Notes: a model not told the origin generated them from the letters alone. A DNA stretch of 60,941 nt, filler included, from Platydemus manokwari (GCA_037951405.1; 6 parts of 6 records of this genome joined end to end with filler, not necessarily neighbours in it); one strand, 5' to 3'. Numbered from the whole stretch's first letter, positions 1-13,469 are shown. Made by a program: numbers and translations.

Positions 1-151
1 TTGGGATGGCATCCACAAATTGCTCGAAAGATGGGGAAATGTTGTAACTTCCGATGGACATTACTTTGGATAACAGAGTTGTACAAGATTTTCTTAAATA
101 AACACTCAATTGTTCTAAAAAAATTCCGGTTTTTAAGTTATAGACCCAATA
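1..151 (+). mobile_element. 3' end of a mariner transposon (transposase C-terminus + right TIR + TA)
   Basis: Frame from nt 5 reads DGIHKLLERWGNVVTSDGHYFG*, matching the mariner C-terminal motif GIHKLPERW..V.SDG.YF. It ends with TIR ...ccggtttttaagttatagacccaa followed by TA (150-151). Near-identical copy at 51128-51264. Confidence 0.9.
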
Positions 152-164
152 ATTTTCTTTAAAA

Positions 165-1268
165 CAGTGTTTCTCAAGCTTGATCAAACTTTTCCAGACT
201 ATATACTCCATTTCAACGCTTTCCCTCATCCATGGATCTCCAAGAAAACCTTTAATGTACGTTCTCACAACGATTGAGTCCGTTAATTTACTGGTTTTCA
301 CCTAGTTACTTATTCTAGTTAAATGAAAGAAGAAAAGTAATCCTGAATAGCATTATGCTTCTATTTAAAGCATATATTTAATGAGAAGGATGAAGTTGGT
401 GTTTCTTCAATATTAGGCTCTATAGCCATAAGCAGAAGTCGCAGGTTTTCTCTCCCTATCATATTCAAGTGATTCTTTGAATTAATGAAAATCTGTGACA
501 CAACGCTGAAACCATTTTCTACTAAATACGAGCTTGGAAATGCAATAAAAAACAATTTCGCTAATTTCCACAATGTAGGAAATTTTTCTAAAATAGTAGA
601 CTGTAGCCAAAATTCTTGATAACCATGATCTTTAGAAGAAGGCTTCAGTTCAAAATTGTTTCTCAAATCCATAATTTCTATCTCGATGGACGAGTTCATC
701 GATATATCTGTGACCTGAAAAGAGTTCAAGATCCAAGGTGGGATTTCAAGAGTAGGCAAATCCTAAAAACGCAATTTCATATCAACTTCTACGTTTTTAA
801 GATAATCCATGAAAACTGGAAATTTTGAAGGCTTCATGGCTTCGTTTGATAAAGTCTTTTCACAAATTAGGCTAAATGGTAATTTCTCGTTGTGAAATGA
901 CGGAATAAAGCCATATTTAAGATAATCAACTTTATACTGTCTGCATTTTTTCTTCCCTCTTACGTCTGTCATTTTTGATGGCTAAAAATAATTAAGATAA
1001 AAAATAATAAAAGTAAATATTTATTGAAACCTTATTATTAAAACAAGTTTTAATAATTAATTTATAGTTATAATAATTAAAATTAACTATTGTTTCAAAT
1101 TACATAGAACTATACAAAACAATTTGTGTTAAATAATTAATTTTTTAAAAATTAGTCTACTCAAAAACTTATCATATGGACCCCCTATGTACACCCTAAT
1201 CTTTGAAAGACCGCTTTGATGTTCTCACGAACCCAAAGGGTCCGTATGAACCACTTTGCAAACTACTG
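165..1268 (-). mobile_element. Internally deleted hAT (Buster/Charlie-type) DNA transposon
   Basis: Perfect 8-bp TSD ctttaaaa at 157-164 and 1269-1276 (nnnTAnnn pattern). Imperfect TIRs cagtgtttctcaa / ttgcaaactactg. ORF 763-972 is a ZBED5/8-like N-terminus (KKKCRQYKVDYLKYGF...CEKTLSNEAMKPSK) joined directly to C-terminal sequence. ORF 361-759 carries the hATC dimerisation motif (FPTLWKLAKLFFIAFPSSYLVENGFS). Confidence 0.93.
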
Positions 1269-1407
1269 CTTTAAAACACAGTAAATTTCCATGAAGGTTT
1301 TAATTTGTTTTTAAGAAATTTTTTGAAATTACAAGTATTCAATTTAGATCCACTAGTTCTCATAGAGAAATTGTATTTTATAGAATTTGTTAATTGTCTT
1401 TTTTCAG

Positions 1408-2132
1408 ACGATGGACTCATAGGCAACCTGATGGCGGAGATTCTGAAAACTGTATTCAAGGACATAATGGAGAACGTGGATTTGAAGATTGTAAATGTAC
1501 TGATGTAAAAACTGTCATTTGTGAACCAACAGCATTACCAAAACGTTAGCAAAAAAATATTTTAAAAAATTCATCACAAGATCAATAATTTCTTTGAATT
1601 TCTGAACTGTTCATTATTTATTATCATATTATATTTTTTCAGCGAAAAATATTATCATTAATTTCAATTTAACGAGCGAAAAAATGACTTATAATGCTGC
1701 TGTCGAATTCTGTAACAAGAGGAATATGACTATAATAAGAATCGACAATGCCGTTAAAAATGTATCGATACACATTTATTTTTATGAAAAGAAATTGATT
1801 GATTTTTTGTTATCGGGTTTAGTTATTCATTTACAATTATGCAATCAAAAATAAACTGAAATCATATTGGATAAATGGGAATGATATTGGACAAGAAACT
1901 ATATGGATGGATTCTTTGAATAACAGAATTCCTTATTCGTAAGAACTCTCGATATTACTGTGTGTGTTAATAATTTTATGAGTTAAGAAACTGGCAACAA
2001 ACTGAACCCAATGGTGGTAGAGCCGAAAACTGTGCTCAGGGAGGTCATTATGTACTTGGCATGTGGAATGATTGCAGTTGTGAAAACAAGAATTCAGTGA
2101 TTTGTGAACCTGTGGGAAAAAACAAAAAATAA
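1408..2132 (+). CDS. Tandem-domain C-type lectin, last four exons (5' part outside window)
   Basis: Exons 1408-1544, 1643-1761, 1823-1938, 1988-2132, all GT-AG and in frame: RWTHRQPDGGDSENCIQGHNGERGFEDCKCTDVKTVICEPTALPKPKNIIINFNLTSEKMTYNAAVEFCNKRNMTIIRIDNAVKNLFIYNYAIKNKLKSYWINGNDIGQETIWMDSLNNRIPYSNWQQTEPNGGRAENCAQGGHYVLGMWNDCSCENKNSVICEPVGKNKK*. CTLD cysteines, WING, EPN, WND and QPD motifs are present; AATAAA lies downstream. Confidence 0.92.
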
Positions 2133-2379
2133 AGATTCTAGGAAAAGAAAATTTTTCCTAACAAACTGTTAATTGATAAATAAATGCAACGCTGACAAAT
2201 TAATTCCAAACGAATTTGAATTGATTAGGATTACAAAAACTAAAAATACTAAATTCCACTAATTAAATAAATGGTGATGACTTTCAGATATTGATGCATT
2301 AAAATTGTTGCAATTCTTCTCTGAAAGAGAAACTTTTATCAATGCTGCGTAATTTGCATAAGCATTTCAACTCAGACTC

Positions 2380-2432
2380 CGAGTCGTTATTTTATAAAGC
2401 ACACATTGAAAACGAACTGAAAAGTCACGATA
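2380..2432 (-). repeat. Copy of dispersed ~55-bp motif TCGTGACTTTTCAGTTCGTTTTCAA..GTGCTTTATAAAA..ACGACT
   Basis: Reverse complement matches 42407-42463, 45321-45376, 45603-45658 and 45922-45980. Confidence 0.8.
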
Positions 2433-4730
2433 TAACATTATATTAAAGAACAATTATTTTAAGAAATGATGTATAAAATCGGGCTATCAAATATTTTAAA
2501 TTCATTTTTCAAAACTTATCATCACTATTTTGAAGTCCTCACAAAAACTTTATTAGAAGAAGTGACGCGTTTTTGATTATTTGTCTTAAGTTATTAGAAA
2601 AATGTGAAAATCATTTGGTACTGTTTCGACGAACAGGATTTCTATATTTAATTCCATAATACATTTTCAATGACTGATAAGGTAATTGACGTAGAAATCC
2701 ATATTTGATTTAATTACATACAAACCGCAAATAACAACAGCGGAGCAGTACACTTATCTTTTCACGTAAATCGTCGATTTATACTTACTTTCTGTATGTA
2801 AATTGCTTCTTCATTATTTATATTTACTGTGAAATCCCGAGTATAAGCTGCAGCGCGTATTAGCTGCAGATGACATTTTTATAAAAATGTATTTTTTAGT
2901 CGTATAAACTACAGCACGTTTAGCTGCACCATTTGCGTTAAAAACACATGATTTTAAAATCAGCAACCTATCATTAAAAAACAAATATATAAACCCAATA
3001 TATAAACCCAATATATAAACTCATACTTAAATTGAAAAAAAATTTCATATTTCAGTTAATAATCCAATTCTTTGAATTTTATAATTTCATTCACACGACT
3101 TTGATGTTTTTGTTGTACCAAAAGAGAAATACTCAATCAAGTAATGAAGTACCATTCGAAACCAAGTGGTAATTCATTAACATTGATTGTGAAAACATTT
3201 TTATTTGTATGTAGTTTGTGAATATTACTATTTTATTTTCATGAGTCTTATGATTTGTATTCTTTATCTAGTATTCAATAGTATTCTGTGTTCTAAGTTT
3301 TTGATTAAATTTGAAAAAACAGAAAGTATAAATAAAAAATGTATTAGATGGAAAATGTAAATTAAAAGAATCCTCAAGAACCAATTGAGAAACACTGGTA
3401 ATATTGGATACTGCACAATAAAGGGAGAAACTCAAAAGAACTGAATTGATAATTTATCGTTTTAAAAATCATATTTTAAAATTTATAAATCTAAAATATT
3501 ATCACATATATTCGGAAATTTGTCAAATCGAATTTGGTGTACCGTCAATAAAATCATTTGGGTTAAATTATTTGTGTGAATATTTGTAACGTCAAGGGCG
3601 ATTGTCTGGTAATTAATTTAATTATATTGATTTTTGCAAATCATTAAAGAGTTGTTTTGTCATTTTTAATTAAACACAGGATTATTCTATGAAAAAATAT
3701 TTCTCTTTTAATTTATTAGTTAGATAAACTGACTTATAGAGAGCATTAATTTGATTTTAAATTATATTAACATTAATATAACTCCATTGTTGGATATAGT
3801 ATATAAACCCCAAAATCCAACAATATATTTTCAATAATTTGGTTTTATCTTACTTCTCTACATGACTCCAACAATTCTTAATTGTCTAATTTTTGAGTTA
3901 TTGATTTATTTTTCGAAAAATGGTGCAACAGCAACGACTTGATTACCTTATAAAACAAGCCAACTGACTACCGTAACGTAAAAATCAATAAACACATGTC
4001 TTCAATAGCGGCTTGCCTTATTCGGCAGTTTGAAAAGTGTCGATTGTCATTATTGTAGGTAAAACACACTGTTCTTATGTTACCGTTTTTTATAATTATT
4101 TTCTTTTTTATTATTTCAACTTTTTACCTAGCCTTTTCTTACATATATCATTTTCCCTTAGTTAATTGTTCTATTCTCGACCGATTCTTTTACAATACAA
4201 AAATATATACTTATCAGAACAATAAAATAAACATCAATTAAAGTCAATAAATTATAAATGTAATTATTTTCAACAAGTACAAGATTTATTGTTAAATTGT
4301 TAAATAAACAAAATTAAACTCGAAGGAATTAAATAATCACATCACAACTCTTGATATTTTCCACCGGTATTAAAATTTTGAATAAGAAATGTCATTAAAA
4401 AATTTCGTGAGTTCCACTGATTGTATTAGATTATTATTAAGATTTAAATTTATTTTAAATTCATATTAAAATTTATCATATTTTTCAAATAATTATTAGT
4501 AAAAATAATTAATTTTGCAAAATGAGATATTTTCTTATTGTAATAAAACCTAATCTTAACAAAATGTTATTTCAGTGAAAAATTTTAATTTTAAATAAAA
4601 AATTATTCGTAATAATAATTAATGACATTAACATTTCTTAGTTTTCATGTAAAAGTTCTTTGCTTGTTTATATATTTTAAGTAAATATTAAATTAGTAAA
4701 CATTTTAAGGAATACATATTTCAAAAATCG

Positions 4731-5969
4731 ATGGAATACAAGTTTAATATTGATGTTGGGTATTTAGAAGGTTTAGTTCGAGGTTTTAAGGGTGGGATTA
4801 TTAAACAAAATGATTATTATAATTTAGTCCAATGTGAGACTCTTGAAGGTAGCAAATTTAAATAATAATTTGTTTTGTAACAATATTTTTTTAGATTTGA
4901 AATTACATTTACAAAGCACTGACTATGGAAATTTCTTGGCTAATGAACCAGGTCCTCTGTCTGTAAGTATAATAGAAGAAAAAATTCGTGAAAAGCTTGT
5001 TTTGGAATTTCAACATCTTCGTAACCAATCTGTTGAACCATTAGCAACTTTCCTCGATTATATTACATACAGTTATATGATTGATAACATCGTTCTATTA
5101 ATCACGGGTACATTGCATGACAGACCAATTACTGAATTGATTGCCAAATGTCATCCTTTGGGTAGTTTTGAACAAATGGAAGCTTTACATATATCGTCTA
5201 CACCTGCCGAATTATATAATGCTGTTTTGGTTGATACACCTCTTGGTAATATTTAATGATTTTATAGTTAATCGGAATTAAATTATTTATCATTTTCAAG
5301 CTCCATATTTTATTGATTGTATTTCGGAGCAAGACTTAGATGAACTCAATATCGAAATAATCAGAAATACTTTATACAGAGTAGATTGTTTTGTTTGTGA
5401 ATTTCGATTTTATCAAATAATAGGCTTACATCGAAGATTTTTATGGATTCTGTAAACTACTTGGTGGAACAACTGCGGAAATAATGTGTGAAATTCTTGC
5501 ATTTGAAGCCGATAGACGATCATTTATAATCACCATTAATTCATTCGGTACCGAATTAGGAAAGGAAGAGAGAGCCCAACTGTATCCTAAATGTGGAAAG
5601 CTTTATCCAGAAGGATTAGCGTTGCTTGCCAGAGCTGATGATTACGAGCAAGTGAAAGCCGTAGCAGATTATTACAGTGTAGGAAAACATTTTTAATTCC
5701 TAAATTGAAAGGTTTTTTCACATTTTTAGGAATATAAAACGATTTTTGATGGAGTCGGAACTGGTAACGATAAGAGCTTGGAAGATAAATTTTTCGAACA
5801 TGAAGTTAAGATGAATGTCAATTCGTTCATGCAACAATTTCATTTCGGAGTTTTTTATTCCTTAATTAAATTGAAAGAACAGGAAATGCGCAATATCGTT
5901 TGGATTGCTGAATGCGTTTCGCAGCGACATCGTACGAAAATCGATTCTTACATCAACATTATTAATTGA
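4731..5969 (+). CDS. ATP6V0D1: V-type proton ATPase V0 subunit d (complete, 5 exons)
   Basis: Exons 4731-4848, 4895-5245, 5301-5380, 5424-5678, 5730-5969 (introns 46, 55, 43, 51 nt, GT-AG). Product: [22 protein letters not shown]...[24 protein letters not shown]...[17 protein letters not shown]...[25 protein letters not shown]...[31 protein letters not shown]. Confidence 0.98.
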
Positions 5970-6859
5970 ATTAATGTTTAACATTTGTTACAAGCATAAT
6001 AAGAGAGACATTTGTTTTGATTTATCATCTCTGTTGTATTAACTTATTTTTGAATGTGTTATCCTTAATATCTCGATTGTGCAGACGACATCGTTGATAA
6101 TTGCGTTGTTCTGTGTGTGTTTGTATTCGATATGCTGTGTTATGTGCTGATAAATTAGTGAGTAGTTGATAGTTTCATTGTAAACTGGTAATAGCAAATT
6201 GATTTAGTGAATATTACTGATGATGACGTAACTATATTTTAATCGATTATTATTGATTTTATTCACAGGGAATTTTTTGAATTGTAATTGTATACTATTT
6301 TTGACTTCGCTTTTCCAACGTACTATAACTTAGTAAAGATTATTATAAAAGGTTAAACTATTAATCAGAAGGGTGTTAGCTCAATTAAGTACTACTTTTC
6401 TGACTTCAAACAGATTTTTAGGTATGCGTTCGCTTGATTACATTTTTAATTTTTCTGATTTCTAATCTATCTCAACCGAAGTACATTGTTTACATAAAAA
6501 TTGGAATGTTAAGGGATTGATTAATATTCGTATAGTTCTATACACTTTGTAAAAATATTCAACAAATTGTAATTGAATTATTTCGATTTTGTTTAATTTA
6601 TAACCACTTAACACAGAAATGCGGGATTAACCTTTAAAATTTTGTATTTCTAGTTTAATGTTTGTACTTAATGCCTGAATAAATACAAAAAATTTAATTG
6701 ATTATATCATTTCGCAAATAGTCTATTACAAAATATGGTAAGTTGAAATTTAACGATATTTTAACACAAATTTAAACATAATAAAAATACACAAAATGAT
6801 TTTGATATCAGCAACCAAACCGAATAACACAAAATAATTTCAAGTAATGATTAAGCACA

Positions 6860-7055
6860 TCACTGATTAAATCGATAACCACGAAAACTGAAAGACGAAT
6901 TTAGGAAACAAAACAAGATGTCAAATAATAAAATTATATTAACAGAATTAATGAGATGTAATTAAATTACCAAATTTACTAACGCGGAACTTACGAAAAT
7001 ATAATTGGCACTATCGGAATGTAGAATAATGGGTAGAATTTCACATTCGAAAATC
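6860..7055 (-). other. Possible terminal exons of an unidentified minus-strand gene
   Basis: ttgttgcag|6995-7055|gtaagt ... tctttcag|6887-6860. One frame gives FSNVKFYPLFYIPIVPIIFSFRGYRFNQ* (hydrophobic tail); a second frame is also open. No homology recognised. Confidence 0.35.
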
Positions 7056-8954
7056 CTGCAACAATAATAACTTGATTCGTAGATTTAAAGATTAAATTAG
7101 AAAATCATCTGATAATGAACATTAATTAGTCAAATATTAAGACTAGATTTATATCTGATTCAAAAAATTTAAAGCTCGTCAATGTTAGGTGCTGTTCATT
7201 AATGAAAATTGGGTTTTAAGCATTTTCTTAATATTTTCTTTGTACTTTCAAAACTTCTTTTGTCTTTAGTATACAAGTGCTATGACTCGAAAAATACTAG
7301 AATAATGAATTAACAATCTTAAAACGAAATAAGTAATTTTTACTTATTGAATATAATTATTGATGAAGTTACTCTTAAAGTAATCATTTATCGTGATTAA
7401 ACTTTAAACAAAGTTCATTGAAATTCCAAAGCTTTTCATCTGATTAAATTCAACACTTTTTTACCCATATATTTCACTTGTATTTTTCAGTCAATTTGTT
7501 TGTGTGATATGTCATGATCGACAACTTTTTCATAAATCCTCGAAGTTAATGATGCATTCGGACTAAGCTGTCATGTTTCATAGACTATCTAGAAGATATG
7601 TTCAAAAATTTCTTGAAACCCCTTACTGTATGATCTCAACCAATGGTTTTTCACATTAAATTATCCTGATTCCAATTTGGTTATCAAAAATACTGTTAGT
7701 ACATTAAACCAAATAAAAAAAAATTATGAATTAATAGCCAAGAGCCTAAATATCTTAAAGAAGTAAAATCCATTATTTAAAGAATAAAAATTAATCTTAT
7801 TTAAAATAATAACCCTAGAATTTTAAATTGTACAAGTTTGTGATTCGTTTAATTTTTTTAGTTTATTTAAGCCAAGGTAATGTTTGTTTGGTATTTTTAC
7901 TCCAATCACAAAGCCAATTAACTTTATTCCTCGCTGGTTATAAGTTGAAGCCAGGACTATATTTCATTGATTAATGATTAACAAAGTTTAGATACGATAC
8001 TTAGTCGTAACTTCCTTTGAATTGGAAAAAGAAAAATATTTATTAGAGTAAAATTAAAATGCGTATTGGATAACTCAATCGTTAGCCAAACTAATATTAA
8101 AGAAGGAATTGATTGATTAATATTTGCAGAACTACTTTAATATTTTTGGAAAAATTAAAGACTTTCTGCTGTAGTAGGCTGCTATTTACAAATGGATCCG
8201 TGGAAGTAATTGCCATCAATGAAAGTATATGTCGATCACATTTTTATGGTTTTATAGCTTTAAAAATTCAAAATGCACTATTTTTACAAACGTAATGTAA
8301 AAGTAGATAATGAAATAAATTTTAATAATTATCTGCCTTCAAAATTGAAGTTCGATAAAACTATAGAAATTTAGATAAAAAATAGAATAATTAAATAAAT
8401 AATAAGATCAATGAAATATTATTCTAAGGCACAATTAATGCAATAACTGATTAATACACTTAAATAAGATAAAAATATTGAATAACCATGATTTTAGATA
8501 ATTAATTTTATTAATTATGATGCTATTGTGTTTTTTGTCCTATTTATATTGAACGGCTTTAAGGAAGTAGCTGTTATGCCAATGATATGAAGAGATTCGT
8601 GTTATCACTAAGGACTTCAAGGTGATTAGCACTAAAGTTTATTTAACCATGGTTATGATATCAATTCAATTTACATTTTATTTATTATTTGGTTGAATTG
8701 GGTTCTAGTAAAATTATGTAATAAATATATTAAATAATTAAACATAAATTTGACAATTATGAAAATATATAAATACTATTACGTTTTCTTCTCAGAAAAT
8801 TAAGCTGGATTCATAACGCAGAATCTGAAGGTTTCTTTCAGAAAAAATTACAAATGAGATTACAATTATCGTATTAGTGGTACTCCTATTTTCTGTTGAG
8901 AAATTAGTTCCTATTCATAGGTGACTAATTCAAGGATACATAGGTATATTACGG

Positions 8955-9054
8955 NNNNNNNNNNNNNNNNNNNNNNNNNNNNNNNNNNNNNNNNNNNNTT
9001 AATTAATTAANNNNNNNNNNNNNNNNNNNNNNNNNNNNNNNNNNNNNNNNNNNN
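8955..9054. other. Assembly spacer N44-TTAATTAATTAA-N44
   Basis: Identical 100-nt construct (stops in all six frames) also at 18811-18910, 31778-31877, 41135-41234 and 51028-51127. Confidence 0.97.
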
Positions 9055-9094
9055 AGTAGTTTTTAAAAAATTTTGATTTAAAGTTCAATATATA

Positions 9095-9127
9095 AAAATC
9101 GGACATTTCATATGGGACAACCTAATA
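9095..9127 (+). mobile_element. Orphan mariner-type terminal inverted repeat + TA at contig start
   Basis: Reverse complement reads TA-TTAGGTTGTCCCATATGAAATGTCCGATTTTT, a typical mariner TIR start. The body would lie in the gap. Confidence 0.6.
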
Positions 9128-9954
9128 ATAACGCTTAATAAAATTTTCTAATATTTTCCACTCAGATCAGATATTATTTCTCATAACTATGTTCATCCCG
9201 TTATATATCAATATTATTCTTCTTTGGTTTATGTTTCAGTGAAATTATGAAAATTTTAAAGAAATTGAAAGCCTTTCATTTTTATCCTCATTTTAATTAA
9301 CAATATCAACTTTTTCATTAATGGTTTTTTATTATTATGAGATTCATATCACATATTTCATTCAATCATCTTATTTTGAATATTTAGTATATTTATGTTT
9401 ACTGACATGTTTAGCTTTAACTTAAATGAAATAAATAATGAATGAGTACCGATCATAATAATAATGAATAATAATTATTATTAGTAATAAACATATAAAT
9501 AAAAAATAAAGTATGTGCGAACTATTAACTAAAATAATTTCACAAGGATTGAACTAAATATTGTTAGAGTTAAAATATATAAATAATATTAAAATACAAT
9601 GATAATTGTTCAAATAAAATAATTATTGGTAAAAATAAATATTTAAATACAATAATATTAAAAAATAGAAAATATAATTAAAATTAAATACAATTTGTTT
9701 ATTTAAATTAAAATTTATACTAAGTAAATAAACTCCATTTTATAAATCTCAAGCCAATGAGAGATACATTTCTGTAGCGTGTTGTTAGCAAAATAGTATG
9801 AAAAGGCATGACAGTCATTTGAATAGAAGAATTATTATAATTAGATGATTTTTAATGATGTATTTTATAAAGTTTATTTGTAAAAGTATTTACGAATTTC
9901 AGTATAATGTGGTATTAGCTTAAAAGGATGATCGTAATTGTTGTTGAACGCCTT

Positions 9955-10700
9955 TGAGATTATTAGTATCCTAAATCTATTTACGAACGTAGTAGTAAAG
10001 TCAGAAGCAGATCTTTGACTAGTATTTACAATTTTGTGAACGAACTCGATCAGCTTTTCTAATACTCATCTAAAGAACTTATTTAAAGGCTCAGGCCTTG
10101 TGAATAAATTTGAACATTGTGATATTAAATATAGCTTTGTGACTAACTTATTTTCTTTCAAAGACAGATTAACGAGTATTGTTGTTTTCTACACCAGGTA
10201 GACCCAACAATAATAATAATAAATTCATCATCCGAAATATCTTGAAATTGTAGAAAACCTCATTAGATCAGAAGTTTAGCTCAGGTTATTTTAACAGAGG
10301 ATTTCAATAAAATTGACGTGTTAGAATCCATTATTATGTAACAGATTCCAGATACTACCTATGCTAATGATTAAAAACAATTACGTAAACGTTAAGTGAA
10401 CACACAATCGGTTTCAATGGTCGATAATTTAATTAAAAAGCTCTCATAACTCTTATAAACCGAAAACAATTTAATATAATTGGAACACAATCAAAGAGAA
10501 TGATTGCATATCCATCATTTTTTCCAATAGAAATTGCTCTATAATCAAAGTCTATAAAATATTGAATTTCCTCAAAAATTGCCGTTTGTTGAATGTTCCA
10601 GTTGATAAATAAATCAAATAAACATTATTTCTAATAATTTTCTACTGATTTTATTCCAATCTTATTTTGTGTGTTTTATATGATGCTAATAATTCTACAA
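9955..10700 (+). mobile_element. Decayed Penelope-like reverse transcriptase relic
   Basis: Fragments ..ILNLFTNVVVKSEADL (cf. FDxxSLFTNVP) and FLHQVD (cf. YxQxDG), with multiple stops and frameshifts. Confidence 0.4.
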
Positions 10701-11230
10701 TATTGCGTTTTTCTAGGCAAAAATTTGACAAGGAAAAACTAGAGAGCTATATAAAATAATAATCTAAAAAACTCATAAATTCTTATTGACAATTATAATA
10801 AATAGGCGTCAGTTTAAATTATAATAATTTGGTTTATTCTTAATCAGTCAGCAATTGGGACTGGATTGTTATTAAAATTGTCCAAAATTAGCTGTTAAGA
10901 AGTTTTTATAGCTGTGTAAAAGTTCTCTCTTTCTCTCACTTGAAAAATAGTGGTGTAGCCATGAGAAGTTTGGAGGCCTTGATCCACACGGACTGAAAAA
11001 ATTACATCCCATTAATTTATTAATATATCGAATATGAGTATATTTTGGCTTTATTTAAAAATAGTTCAATATGTTTACAGAATATTTTGAGAGAATCTGT
11101 ATTATTTTATACCCCAGAAAACAAAATAAGTGCTATTTTAACCCGAATTTAGAAATATTACTATTTAATGAATGCGACTGTTAAATATTGTAGCTAATAG
11201 TCTATCGATTGGTTGGTTTCGTATTCATTC

Positions 11231-12105
11231 TTATTCATCGCTATGGGATAGAACTTCAAATTCACCAACCAATAATTCTTTCGTTTGTGTCGCATTCGAA
11301 TCCATATCATTTTCATTAATATTCACTGTGTTGCCACTTAACGGTGGGCAGCTTTTATAGTTGAATTCTGTTTTCAAATCGCTAAATCTCATCCATACTC
11401 TAAATTTCAACAACTGGTTATGTAGTGGAGAGCACAGCACAAGAGTACAATGAACTATAAAGCGACAAAGTTAAAAATAATATTATTATAGCGATTATTT
11501 TGTGAAAAATTGTAGACCAGATAAATGATAGAAATATAATCAATAGAACTCCTTAATCCATAGAACAAACAAGTATCAATCAATTCCACCACCCTTAAAT
11601 TGACTTGGCTCGCTTTAATCATCTAATCAATCATTAATAGAATTTCTAAAAACATTTTTGCATCAAACACAGTAAAATTCGATTTATATCACGTTCTTCT
11701 TTCTACTAAATCTTGTTTTATCAACAAAATATTATATTAAACAGTTAATATAAATTAGCTAAAAATCAATTTAATATTGATAAAATGTATTTTAGGAATT
11801 GTCGATCTTAATAAATTATTAGAGAACTATCAGATTACTTTTTACCGATTATATTTGTTGTAATAAACGTAATACGTTTCCTCATCGAATCCAGCCAACC
11901 AAATAAAATCTGTATTTGTTGAATCGAAATAAACTATTGTATAATATGAATATGACCCAATGTAGCATTTGAATGATCCGTTGGAGACTGATTTTGCCAA
12001 TTTTGCACATTCATTATCCTGCAACAATGTACGCGAATTATTAAAGGTTAATAAAGAATGTCATTGATTGATACATGTTGGGAAGTTTTTAATTTTTTGT
12101 CACCT
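11231..12105 (-). pseudogene. Possible decayed C-type lectin-like exons
   Basis: 11845-12100 reads ..FPTCINQ*HSLLTFNNSRTLLQDNECAKLAKS...TDFIWLAGFDEET.. ending at a gtaaaa donor. 11231-11440 has VWMRFSDLKTEFNYK (cf. WIGL.D...EG.F.W). Stops are present and key cysteines missing. Confidence 0.3.
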
Positions 12106-12594
12106 ACATTTATTAGTTGAATGTTTTCCAAATTATTTTTGAATCATCTTATCATATTATCTCAGCAATGGCTAATTCTACTAAAGCTAAAACTCATCTC
12201 ACGATTATAATTAGTTTGTCATTTATTGTTTCAGTCATTTTTAACAATATTTTTAAAACCGATTTAAAATTAATTTGTAATAAAATTATAATTAGAATTT
12301 AAGTATTTTGTATTTAAAAATGCTGTTTCATCTAGCTTCCACTGCCTACAATTAACTGTCACGATAAATGTAGACAAGTTTTAGCGAGTATATGCACTTG
12401 GTATCGTGTATGACAAGGAATACAGTTGTGACTAATTAATTGCAGTTAAAATAACACAATAAAAAATATGAGTAAACAAGTAATCTAAAATTACTTATTC
12501 ATTATGAATTAAAAATGCTTACTGAATTAAAGCACACGTATTTTTCTCTCGGATAATTAGTTTTCACATTTAATATTAAAATTCAATAAAATAA

Positions 12595-13400
12595 AAGCCC
12601 ATGTAATGTTAAGTCAGATCTGGTTTCAATTTTACTTTTTTGGCTTCAGCATAAATTTTTTTACTGCGAGTTCGTGTTTCCGAGTTCAGAATAAAATGTT
12701 TATGATTTACCAATCACTCATGGTGATGTCAAGTTCTTTTGATCTAATAAATATCAAATCAAAAATTTCATTTCTGATATCTGTATAACATCAATCTTTA
12801 TTTCATACGTGATTTTATAACTTGCTTCTTTGCTACGAAATCATCGTCAATAGCAATGTCATTTTGATATGAAAATAATATTTTGGTTACACCCATCGGT
12901 GCACATTGACAATGAAAAATTGGTTGATGAAGAATAAATCCAATGTTTTAATGATAAATAATCTGTGTAATTTATTTGAGAATTATTCTGTATGCTTTTG
13001 ATGGGTTATGAATTATGGATTAAACATTATGCCAGTGACTATAGGAAGTATGTTGATGAGATGGTAATGGTTTGTTTGACGACAATAATTCGTTTGAGTT
13101 GATGATTATGAGCAGTATAAACGATATCTAATTTTATTGCCTATCACAATGAAAGCTTAACATATTCATGAAGCAATCTATGAGTGACAAATCAATGATA
13201 TTCTTTAACTGCTAACCCAAATCGACAGTTGCATTCGTATTTTGAAAGTCTCTGGTGTACATGTTTATTTGTTTCACAGCCGTTATTTTCCCAATCTTTA
13301 TCATTTTCAACATCACATTCTCTGAGCATATGAAGTGAGACGGTTAATGATTGCTTTTAAAAATGAATTTGATTTGTCAAAAAGATTTTGGTGTTTGAAT
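12595..13400 (-). mobile_element. Decayed Penelope-like element (RT end + GIY-YIG)
   Basis: Minus-strand fragments CTDGCNQ.. and terminal ..LKPDLT (cf. LKPxLN end of PLE GIY-YIG). Heavily interrupted. Confidence 0.45.
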
Positions 13401-13469
13401 TGAAAAAATTATAATTTGGTTAAGTAGAGATAACAATGAATGAAATCACTTTGATAATTATAAGTAAAC

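Noticed and set aside
1305-1508. 67-aa ORF from the track
   Set aside because: Alternative frame over the C-type lectin exon 1408-1544 and its intron.
8999-9010. Recurrent palindrome TTAATTAATTAA as a biological repeat or CRISPR-like unit
   Set aside because: Always centred in exactly 44+44 Ns, so it is an assembly linker.
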